From: Candidatus Wildermuthbacteria bacterium RIFCSPHIGHO2_02_FULL_45_25
GTDB taxonomy: Bacteria; Patescibacteriota; Minisyncoccia; Minisyncoccales; UBA10102
Assembly: GCA_001823215.1 (NCBI GenBank)
Contig: MHTV01000001.1
Location: 1 to 42,204 of the forward strand
Direction: 5' to 3'
DNA length: 42,204 nt
This document shows positions 8,832 through 17,185 of this stretch, piece after piece. The notes under the pieces are model-generated. The model ran no database searches. It saw only the letters and a list, made by a program, of their open reading frames with translations, and had not been told where the DNA came from. The position numbers and the translations under genes are program-made. Position 1 is the first letter of the stretch, and each line of letters opens with the position of its first letter.

Positions 8832-9091
8832 AAATCTATTAGTGTCTTGCGTGATTTTTTCTTTTGCGCTTCCCGCCAGATATCACCATTGTCGAGAGAT
8901 GTGTCTTTCCAAGCGCCGGCAGATTTTTTCAAGCGTTTCTTTTTCTCTTCGGGAGACGCTTTGAGAATAGCGAAGGGCTCTCCTCCTTTTGTGAGAATCA
9001 AAGAATCTATTTCCGCAAGTTTTGCGGTAATCGCGCCAAAGTTGCGGCGAAGCTCTGTAATAGGGATAATCTTTTTTGAGGATGTCTTCAT
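8828..9091 (-). CDS. Phd/YefM-family antitoxin
   Basis: IIPITELRRNFGAI...LILTKGGEPFAIL Phd fold; VapB-like C-terminal AGAWKD. Confidence 0.8.
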   Translation of the reverse strand: MKTSSKKIIPITELRRNFGAITAKLAEIDSLILTKGGEPFAILKASPEEKKKRLKKSAGAWKDTSLDNGDIWREAQKKKSRKTLIDL

Positions 9092-9165
9092 ACTTTATGA
9101 ACAGCTTATCGAACTATCGGCACAATATCTGTCAAGTATTTTTCTGCACATTATTGCGCATGAAT

Positions 9166-12100
9166 TTATTCTTTTTGAGTGAATTTATCCCATTCTTCAA
9201 TACTGATGCTCAAATCTCCCCATCCCATTTTTTCCAAATTGCCATCGTTGTCCTTTTTAAACTGCTTAATCTTTTCTAGAATCATGATCCCTTTTCTAGC
9301 GATATTATAAGCTCCGTTAGCATCCCCATTGAATTCCTTTATATCCTTAAATCCTTTGCGTGAGTCAAATTCGCATTCCGGACACTGAATGTAATCGGTA
9401 TTTCTCCCAGAAATTGAATGCCGCGTTTCGGTAAGCAAAAACAACGCATATAAGAAATCTTTATAAAATTCTCTTCCGCGTGCAACAGATAAAATCTGCT
9501 CTCTTATGCCTCCATGCTCATAATCAATCTCATAGGTCTTTAATAATCCTTTTAGATACTCTGTGAGATTAAACTCTTTAACAACGCCCTTTTTTGTTTC
9601 GCTTTCATTTACTTCGCCCTTGTATTCATCAATACCGCGCTTTGCAACTTTTGCTTTTTCCGAGTACCGATCGTACCATTTGTAACGCAATGCGTTTTTT
9701 GTAGTCAGAATAAAAATATCTTTTTTTAGTGTTTTTGCATACAACTCGTTTGATACCTTCTTCTCTTTCTTTTGATCTTTACTAGATAACTTTTCTAAAG
9801 AGTAGCTGATTTGAAACACATCCTCTTTCTTATTATAATTAATAGACTCAAGATTTTCTATGAGTGTCTTTGCTTGTTCTATATTCTCAAATAGACATTT
9901 GATATTTCGTCTATAACCACACTCGGGACATGTTTTTGATGTATACCCAGCTTGAGTATAGAAAATGAGACCCGTTTGTTTCCCCATATCCTTAAAAGCA
10001 ATAACTGGCGCCGCCAATTGGTATGCTCTCAAGATATGACCTGTTTGTTTTGGATCTTCTTCTCCCTTTTTTACTAAGAAACTCAATTTATCTATAAGAG
10101 CGCGCTCCAATTGCTGATACGCACTTTTCTCAATACCACCTCGTATTTGTTTGAAACGCATATTCAAATCTTCAAACACGATAATGGCATTATGTTTAAT
10201 GATAAGATCAGCGAGGTTCCGTATCACCTGTGAAATATAACCTTTTTTGAGGTCTTTTATCGCTTCTACTTCTTCCCAATCTCGCCGTGAAGCTTCCCGC
10301 TCCTGCGCCCTTTTTTCCAATTTAGACGCATACTCAACTGGCTTGCCCCTGCCATCTTTCCCAATGGAATTGAGAGTATCTGTCTCAATGATTTTCCCAT
10401 TTTGATCAATTACAGAGTAATAGGCAAGATGCTTTTCTCCACGATCAACACCAATAATATGTACCCCGGGAGTACTACTTAGCACCTCTCGTATTTCAAC
10501 ATCCATTTCACGCTTTGTCTTACTTTCAGAAACACGATTGAGAGTAATCGGACAATGAAATAGAATAATGTCCTTAGCATAGCGTTTTCGATCTATAACC
10601 GCCCCGTCCTCTTTCTCCTTTGCCTTAACCCACTTCTTTTCGCCTGCGTCCCATACCTTATACCCAAGCCTTTTTTCTTCAGTTTTTGGCCGAAAGAATA
10701 ATTCAGCTTCACCGTTCAACTGAAATAAAAAGTTTTCTTGCTCGTTTTCCTTGCTGAATAATTGCTCAAAGTACAGCGTGTGCAGATTCTTTGTTCTTTT
10801 TCGATTTTTATCCATGGGACCCAAACTCCAATCTTTATTGTATATTTCAAAAAGAAATAATTCCCCATTATCATTTTTTTCTTTTATGTACTGCTCTGAA
10901 ATCGGAACAAAAGAAATATTATATGTAAGCGCATTGATGTCCTGATAGAAAGCGTCCAAAGATTCATATTCTTTTGCTTCTCTCAACCTAGAGTAATCAA
11001 AGATAGTCGTACTCTTATATGCCTTTAGGAAACGAATACAAAACTCTATCCACTGCGCCAGAGCTTGCTTGTATCCATTGTTATCTCGGCTTATCTCCAA
11101 ATACTGCCTTTGGAACTTCTTGACGCCAAGTTTCTTTTCGAAGTCATTCTTAGGGACAAACGATTCTTCAATATTATCCTTGCGATAGAAGACATTATTC
11201 AGTTCATATATATTCTTTGTGATTGCCACAGAAATTTTATAATCTTTCTCATGAAAAAGATTATAATCAGATGAAGACTTTCTAAAATGCTCCTTCACAT
11301 TTTTAGTTTGTGTTGAGCATTTTGGGATCATCTTTGACGCCTCCGGGAAAAATTTGTAGGCCATCTTCTGAAACGATCCGCTCTCTATACCCTCCGACAT
11401 CTCTTTTGAATAGCGATCGGCAAAAAGACTCTTACAATCTTCTTTTATTATCCCAAGATAATACCGGCCATCTTTTCTTAAAATGACCGCAGCGTTTGTT
11501 TTTTCTTTATTCTTGTCCCATCCATCCGCAAGAGTCGGATTTTCAAAACTTAATACCCACTTATTAGTATTGTATGGCTTCTTAGTAAGATAATTACGAA
11601 ATAAATTGTATGGGCGAACAATTTGTTCAAATGCATCGCGATAAAAATTCAAATATCCTATATCTGAAGATTTATAAAATCGATCGTCTAGATCATAGTT
11701 ATCCAACCAACCCCTTCTTTTCTCAACAGCAAAATACTTCGCTATTTGATAAATCAATAGCGTCGCATCTGCAAAATTTTTAATGGCTATCTTCTCTTCC
11801 AAATCAATAACTGGATTCTCGCGAGTAATTAACTCATTGATCTTTGTTACAAATATCTCATATCCAATTTTTGTTTGTTCTCCAGTTTGCGCGCTCGTGG
11901 TTTTACGAAAGAATTGCTGTTCAAGTTCAAACTTAAAAACGCACAAAAATTGCGTAAACACATCCTTAATCTTTTCGAAATCTACTATATCTTCATAATA
12001 TTCCCCTTTCCATATCCTCCCTTCCTGCTTTTCAAGAGCTCGCTTTATATGTGAACACTTTATAAAGTCAGGAAAAGAAAACTTGCCATCTTTATCGCTT

Positions 12101-13338
12101 ATCTTGGAGTCGTTTTTGTGTGTTCGTAATAATTCGTATACGAGTTTATTTTGCTTCTCTGCAACAACCGCAAACAAATCTCGTTCGAATGATTCAAAAC
12201 TTGCGAACCAACGGCTCGCATTATGACTGACTGCTTCCTTGGTTAAATAAATCTTATCAATATCATACCCGGAATAATCAGTTACAATATCTGCGATTAG
12301 ATTCCTAAAAGATTGGATCTTTACTTCTGCATTCTCATAGAATGTTTTTAATTTCCCTACAAGTTCCTTATTAGTCTCAATGCTCTCAATAAATGCCTCC
12401 TTCGCGCTATGAATCTGCTTATCGAGTTGCTTCAAAAATGGTATCTTTTCTCCGGAATTATCCTGACGATATTTATTTATCAGCTCATTTATACCTGGTA
12501 TTTTTTTATCTTTCTCGTCCACTTCGCCGCCGATGATTTTGTTATATGTGTCAATCCCACCCTGAAGAAGACATGCATTGTAGTATGCTAAAGAAAATAT
12601 GCCAGCGCATGAGATATCAAAGCTCTTCTCGACTTCAGAGAACTCAATTTTTTCTGATATTTTTTCGAATATCTGAATATTTTCACAAAATCGGCGGAGA
12701 TTTTGATTGATAACACGATAGGCAATTGCTGTTGAAGTATCGTCTGACTTGTAGAAGTTCTTCCGCGTTTCAAAAAATTTCTTGAAATAACCGGTCCATC
12801 TAGTCCATTCGTCAAAAATGTTATTTCCATCAACAGTTGTATCTTTTTCATTCTTAAATCGTTCTTTAAGAAGCCGGAATACACCAGCTTCAAACAGCAT
12901 ACCGAGACCCTCCTTTTTTATGCCGAGTAACTTGTATTGTTCACTCCTCACCCATATATTAGCAACCTCTTCAAAACGCCTCACAATCTCTTCGCGCAAA
13001 CCAACCTCTATCTTAACGAGTGTATCTTTCTTTTGCTTTGATTTTCTATCTTTTTGCCATGTCTGAAAAGTATCTTGATAGATTGCTAAATTTTTGAACT
13101 TAAAACTTTTTAGAGCATCTTCAATAAACTCACGGTGCAGTTGATCAAACCATGGTTTTACTGCTTCATATTTTTTTCGGCGCGTTTCGTCATTCTTTAT
13201 TACCTGTTCATCGTCCAACATCTTCGGTGTATTCAAAATTGGACGCAACTCAAACCGTAATGTTTTTGAAAGCTGATATTTCCTTGTAAAACCATCAAAG
13301 ACACTCCCCTCTTTCTTCTCTTTTGTATTATCTATCAT
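9166..13338 (-). CDS. cas12a: Type V-A CRISPR effector Cas12a (Cpf1), 1390 aa
   Basis: FTRKYQLSKTLRFEL, GWDKNKE, NLHTLY, RuvC-I IIGVDRGE, RuvC-II IVFEDLN, RuvC-III NGDANGAYNIARKG; adjacent cas4-1-2 and V-A repeats. Confidence 0.97.
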   Translation of the reverse strand: MIDNTKEKKEGSVFDGFTRKYQLSKTLRFELRPILNTPKMLDDEQVIKNDETRRKKYEAVKPWFDQLHREFIEDALKSFKFKNLAIYQDTFQTWQKDRKSKQKKDTLVKIEVGLREEIVRRFEEVANIWVRSEQYKLLGIKKEGLGMLFEAGVFRLLKERFKNEKDTTVDGNNIFDEWTRWTGYFKKFFETRKNFYKSDDTSTAIAYRVINQNLRRFCENIQIFEKISEKIEFSEVEKSFDISCAGIFSLAYYNACLLQGGIDTYNKIIGGEVDEKDKKIPGINELINKYRQDNSGEKIPFLKQLDKQIHSAKEAFIESIETNKELVGKLKTFYENAEVKIQSFRNLIADIVTDYSGYDIDKIYLTKEAVSHNASRWFASFESFERDLFAVVAEKQNKLVYELLRTHKNDSKISDKDGKFSFPDFIKCSHIKRALEKQEGRIWKGEYYEDIVDFEKIKDVFTQFLCVFKFELEQQFFRKTTSAQTGEQTKIGYEIFVTKINELITRENPVIDLEEKIAIKNFADATLLIYQIAKYFAVEKRRGWLDNYDLDDRFYKSSDIGYLNFYRDAFEQIVRPYNLFRNYLTKKPYNTNKWVLSFENPTLADGWDKNKEKTNAAVILRKDGRYYLGIIKEDCKSLFADRYSKEMSEGIESGSFQKMAYKFFPEASKMIPKCSTQTKNVKEHFRKSSSDYNLFHEKDYKISVAITKNIYELNNVFYRKDNIEESFVPKNDFEKKLGVKKFQRQYLEISRDNNGYKQALAQWIEFCIRFLKAYKSTTIFDYSRLREAKEYESLDAFYQDINALTYNISFVPISEQYIKEKNDNGELFLFEIYNKDWSLGPMDKNRKRTKNLHTLYFEQLFSKENEQENFLFQLNGEAELFFRPKTEEKRLGYKVWDAGEKKWVKAKEKEDGAVIDRKRYAKDIILFHCPITLNRVSESKTKREMDVEIREVLSSTPGVHIIGVDRGEKHLAYYSVIDQNGKIIETDTLNSIGKDGRGKPVEYASKLEKRAQEREASRRDWEEVEAIKDLKKGYISQVIRNLADLIIKHNAIIVFEDLNMRFKQIRGGIEKSAYQQLERALIDKLSFLVKKGEEDPKQTGHILRAYQLAAPVIAFKDMGKQTGLIFYTQAGYTSKTCPECGYRRNIKCLFENIEQAKTLIENLESINYNKKEDVFQISYSLEKLSSKDQKKEKKVSNELYAKTLKKDIFILTTKNALRYKWYDRYSEKAKVAKRGIDEYKGEVNESETKKGVVKEFNLTEYLKGLLKTYEIDYEHGGIREQILSVARGREFYKDFLYALFLLTETRHSISGRNTDYIQCPECEFDSRKGFKDIKEFNGDANGAYNIARKGIMILEKIKQFKKDNDGNLEKMGWGDLSISIEEWDKFTQKE

Positions 13339-13383
13339 GACAATGAATTATTCTTATTATCCCCTTCCCCGATTTTGAATATC

Positions 13384-13536
13384 AAAAAAGGACGACGGTG
13401 ATCGCCCAATAGAAGAATGCTTACCAAACGGTTAAGCGCTACTGGCACCGTCGTCCTTTTTTAATCTCAAAGACGAGGTAAGCATATTCTATTTGGGCGA
13501 TAAAATCAATATATCACATCAAACTCACTCATGCAA
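13384..13536 (-). promoter_or_regulatory. cas12a promoter and structured 5' leader (two interleaved inverted repeats)
   Basis: TTGCAT(13531-13536)-17 bp-TATATT(13508-13513). IR pairs are 13384-13400/13446-13462 and 13401-13425/13477-13501. Confidence 0.65.
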
Positions 13537-13637
13537 ATTTATCATTCTTTCTCCAATAAATTCTTAGCCATCTTTGTTCAATAATAACAAAACCCCGCAC
13601 AAGCATTCATGCGGAGTTAATTGTCTTAAAAGTATGT

Positions 13638-14396
13638 TCATTTTATAAGGTTGCCAACGAGTTTAATAAACTCCTCTGCTTCCAAAGACGCGAATCCCAC
13701 CAGCGCGCCTTGGGCGTTTCCTTCGAGAAGAAATTCTTTGATATTGGAGCTATTTACGCTTCCGCCGTAGAGAATTGTCATGTTTTTCGCAATCGTCTCA
13801 TCCCAAAGTCCTTTGAGCGCATCTCGCATAAAGGAGATGGTTTCTTTGCAGTCTTGAGGTGTAGCAGGTTGAGCATGCACTTGAGAACTTATCGCCCATT
13901 CTGGCTCATACGCAAGCACAATTTTTGAGATCGCGGAGCTTGGAATATCCTTGAAGATACCCTTCATCTGCCATTCTAATTCCGCTCGAATCGCTCCCTT
14001 CAGACGCTTTTTCTCCCCAATGCAAACCACAGGAATAAGTTTTGCCGCCAATACTGCGCGGACTTTTTGATTGATCATTTCCGGTGTTTCTCCAAGAAAA
14101 TTTTTGCGCTCTGAATGCCCCAAGATCACATAGGAGCATCCAAGTTTCTTGAGCATCGCAGGAGATATTTCTCCGGTATACGCGCCTTCTTGCTCCCAAA
14201 ACGTATTTTGAGCTCCCAAACTCGCCTTTGCCAAATGTTTCTTGATCTCTATCAAATACACAAATGGCGGACACAGCGCCACCTCCACTCCTTCCACATT
14301 CTTGATCCCCTGCTCCACCTTCGTGGCAAGCTCAACAGCCACGTCTTCGTCAAGCGGATACATCTTCCAGTTCGCAACGATAAGTGTTTTTTTCAT
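13638..14396 (-). CDS. tpiA: Triosephosphate isomerase
   Basis: ANWKM, GAYTGEIS, GHSER, AYEPEWAI, LYGGSV; start trimmed to MKKTLIV. Confidence 0.95.
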   Translation of the reverse strand: MKKTLIVANWKMYPLDEDVAVELATKVEQGIKNVEGVEVALCPPFVYLIEIKKHLAKASLGAQNTFWEQEGAYTGEISPAMLKKLGCSYVILGHSERKNFLGETPEMINQKVRAVLAAKLIPVVCIGEKKRLKGAIRAELEWQMKGIFKDIPSSAISKIVLAYEPEWAISSQVHAQPATPQDCKETISFMRDALKGLWDETIAKNMTILYGGSVNSSNIKEFLLEGNAQGALVGFASLEAEEFIKLVGNLIK

Positions 14397-14415
14397 ATAC
14401 ATTTCAAAAACATCG

Positions 14416-15045
14416 CTATCTCTTATTTTCCCCGCGCAATAGCTTGATATGCCTCCACACCCACCAAACTCCGCCCGCAATAATCAATCCCGCTATCGCC
14501 CAATCAAACGTATGGAAATACTCTCTCAACGAATCCCAATTTTCACCCATTTTAACTCCAATATACGCCAGCGCAAAGCTCCACAACAGCGATCCCGCAA
14601 ATGTGTAGAGCGAAAACTTCCATATATTCATGCGGGCAATTCCAGCCGGCACCGAAATAAATGTTCTCACAATAGGCAAAAGGCGGGAAACAAACGCAAT
14701 GGCGTTGCCATATTTGGCAAACCATTTGTCCGCCAAGTTCAGATCGTGCTTGGTAATTAGGAAAAACTTTCCGTATTTCTCCAAAAACGGCCGGCCGCCA
14801 ATATATCCAATATAATATCCGATGATCGAACCCGCCAAGTTTCCGACAGCTCCCCAAAATACCGCCCAATACAAATTAAATACACCCGTAGATACCAGAT
14901 ACCCCGAGAACGGCATAATCACCTCCGAAGGAATGGGCACATTGGCGCTTTCCAAAGCCATCAGGAGCATAATCCCTCCATATCCCATACTTTCAATCGT
15001 TTGAATTACAAACGTGGCCAAAAGCGTTAAAATATGCTCAATCAT
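14416..15045 (-). CDS. DedA family membrane protein
   Basis: ESANVPIPSEVIMPFSG, RLLPIVRTFISVPAG. Confidence 0.92.
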   Translation of the reverse strand: MIEHILTLLATFVIQTIESMGYGGIMLLMALESANVPIPSEVIMPFSGYLVSTGVFNLYWAVFWGAVGNLAGSIIGYYIGYIGGRPFLEKYGKFFLITKHDLNLADKWFAKYGNAIAFVSRLLPIVRTFISVPAGIARMNIWKFSLYTFAGSLLWSFALAYIGVKMGENWDSLREYFHTFDWAIAGLIIAGGVWWVWRHIKLLRGENKR

Positions 15046-15049
15046 AGTC

Positions 15050-16078
15050 TTATTGTTTTCTCAAGAAAGCGGCGGCTTTTTCAGGTTCAATCGTGGAAAT
15101 CTCAATCCCCGTTCCCAATTCAAAACCAGCTGGCACGGACGTCTTTGGCAAAATTTCTATATGCCAATGATAATGCCCATAATCACTCCCTCCACCAACC
15201 GGAGCCGTATGCAAAAAGTAATTATAATCCGGGTCATTCAGCCCTTTAGAGAGTTTTTTCAACGCCATTTGCAAAGCTTCCGCTAATCCTTCCCGTTGAC
15301 TCTCATCTGTTTTTTCAAAATAAGGCAAATGCCCTTTAGGATAAATGCGCATTTCAAACGAGACCCGCGATGCGAAAGGACAAACCACCGCGTACAAACT
15401 GTTTTCAAAAACAATCCGTTTTTTGTCTTTCCGATCCCATTCCAACATCATGCAATGAATGCAGTCTTTGTGCTCCATGAAATACGCGTAGGAACCGCTC
15501 AAACTTCTTTGGATATCCGGATCGGTCATGGGAATGGCGATCAACTGGGAATGGGGATGAGCAATGGAAGCCCCAGCTTGCAGCCCTTTGTTCTTAAAAA
15601 TCGAAATGTAATGCACGTGATCCTCATCTTTCAGATCAACGTATCGAGCATGGTACAAGTCAATCATTTCTTTGACCTGCATCAAAGAAAACTGCGGGAT
15701 ATCCTTCTTGTGATCTTTCGTAATAATCACCTCGTGGAACCCGACCCCATCCATTACCGGGTAGGGCCCTACATACCGCTTTCGCAAAGATTTGCTCGGG
15801 GCGAACGCGGGATATTTATTCGCCACCGAAATTGTCGTCCATTCTGACGGAATACAAACTTTCCCGCGCGAGAAATCCACTCGCTTCCCTTTATTGTACG
15901 CGATCGTAGCACATTCTTGTTTTGCTAATGCGTCGAACGGACACGTCTTTCCGGTTTTGACTTCTTGCCGCTTTTCCGCGCCAAAGGTTTCCGGCCTTCT
16001 CGCGCGGCCTGTTGCAATCAAAACCCAATCTTGAGATACAAGATCATACCGCAATTCTGATGGAAATTTTTTTTGCAT
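15050..16078 (-). CDS. galT: Galactose-1-phosphate uridylyltransferase family protein
   Basis: RARRP, CPF, NKYPA, GASIAHPHSQ, AGFELGTG. Confidence 0.9.
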   Translation of the reverse strand: MQKKFPSELRYDLVSQDWVLIATGRARRPETFGAEKRQEVKTGKTCPFDALAKQECATIAYNKGKRVDFSRGKVCIPSEWTTISVANKYPAFAPSKSLRKRYVGPYPVMDGVGFHEVIITKDHKKDIPQFSLMQVKEMIDLYHARYVDLKDEDHVHYISIFKNKGLQAGASIAHPHSQLIAIPMTDPDIQRSLSGSYAYFMEHKDCIHCMMLEWDRKDKKRIVFENSLYAVVCPFASRVSFEMRIYPKGHLPYFEKTDESQREGLAEALQMALKKLSKGLNDPDYNYFLHTAPVGGGSDYGHYHWHIEILPKTSVPAGFELGTGIEISTIEPEKAAAFLRKQ

Positions 16079-16094
16079 AAAAGGCAATCGCGTG

Positions 16095-16225
16095 AAGAGT
16101 AAAATGGTTTTTTCGGCATCTGCTTGAAGAACCTTGCGAGCTTGACTGAAGCGAGCACGAGGAATTTTCTAGTAAGAAAATATCCGTGTTCTTCAAGCAG
16201 ATGCCGAAAAAACCATTTTACTCTT
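16095..16225 (+). repeat. Palindromic intergenic element, variant copy D (38-bp perfect arms, shared core)
   Basis: Arms at 16095-16132 and 16188-16225. Core GAGC..GACTG..GCGAGCAC.AGGAATTTT...AGAAAATATCCGTGTTCT is shared with copies A-C. Confidence 0.85.
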
Positions 16226-16230
16226 TACAT

Positions 16231-16959
16231 TCATTTATACTTTCCCTTCCACATATTCAACCGAATCTGCCCAATTTCCAACAACATATTAATCATCCCG
16301 GACAACTTCACTTTGCTATTGGCGTCATTAATCCATGTTACAGGAATTTCTTTGACCTTATAACCATGTTTTTTGGCGATTACCAGCAATTCCACGTCAA
16401 AAGCCCAGCGATTGACCGTGGCCTTACTGAAAATTTCTTGCGTGGCTTTTGCCGAGAACCCCTTAAATCCGCATTGCGTATCCCAAATCCCCCACAATTC
16501 AGAAAGAACTTGAACCATCAGATTAAATACATCTCCCAAGCGCCGGCGCAACCAAGACTGGGGTACTGGAATAACCGCTCCTTTTATATCACGAGAACCA
16601 ATGATCACCTCAAACCCTTGATCTTTTTCTAACCACATACGATGGATGTGATCAATAGACGTGGAGTTGTCCGCGTCCATAAACACCCGCCACTCCCCTT
16701 TTGCCGCCAGCATACCCTGACGCACCACAAATCCTTTTCCGTGATTTTCCTGATTATCCAGCAACCGAAGCGAAGGAATGTTCTTCGCTAATTCGCGCAC
16801 AATAGTTGCAGTGCCATCTTTGGAACCGTCATTTACCACCAAAACCTCCGATTGGTACGTTTGTTTAGCCAAATACGAGATAACAGATTCCAATGTCTTG
16901 GGTAAACGTTTTTCTTCGTTATACGCGGGAATGATAACTGATAACTTTGGAATAGACAT
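16231..16959 (-). CDS. Glycosyltransferase family 2 (dolichyl-phosphate glucosyltransferase-like)
   Basis: LSVIIPAYNEEKRL, VNDGSKDGT, NHGKG, FMDAD, DTQCGFK; start trimmed to MSIPKL. Confidence 0.92.
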   Translation of the reverse strand: MSIPKLSVIIPAYNEEKRLPKTLESVISYLAKQTYQSEVLVVNDGSKDGTATIVRELAKNIPSLRLLDNQENHGKGFVVRQGMLAAKGEWRVFMDADNSTSIDHIHRMWLEKDQGFEVIIGSRDIKGAVIPVPQSWLRRRLGDVFNLMVQVLSELWGIWDTQCGFKGFSAKATQEIFSKATVNRWAFDVELLVIAKKHGYKVKEIPVTWINDANSKVKLSGMINMLLEIGQIRLNMWKGKYK

Positions 16960-17022
16960 TTTTCTATTATACCATATTTTCTTTAAGCAAAAAACTGCGC
17001 GTACGCAGTTGTTCTTTAGATA

Positions 17023-17185
17023 CTTTGAATTACGAAACAAATAACATATAAGGTTCAGAGAACGTTGGGAGCGCGACTGGCGCGAGCCCCTCACCGCAAG
17101 GTGGAAGGGGGAGCACCAGGAATTTTTCAGCAGAAACATATCCGTGTTCTCAAAACCTTGTATGTGCTGGTTTCGCAATTCAAAA
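17023..17185 (+). repeat. Palindromic intergenic element, copy A (~163 bp)
   Basis: CTTTGAATTACGAAAC...GTTTCGCAATTCAAA with ~40-bp imperfect arms; near-identical to copies at 34625 and 36716. Confidence 0.9.

Noticed and set aside
9166-13338. Calling the effector Cas12a2 because of the zinc-finger motifs
   Set aside because: REC, WED, PI and RuvC motifs (e.g. GVDRGEKHL, FEDLN, DANGAYNIARKG) follow canonical Cas12a throughout.
13513-13530. Loose similarity between the orphan-repeat spacer-like sequence and the cas12a promoter spacer
   Set aside because: It needs a gap, has mismatches in the seed, and has no adjacent TTTV PAM.
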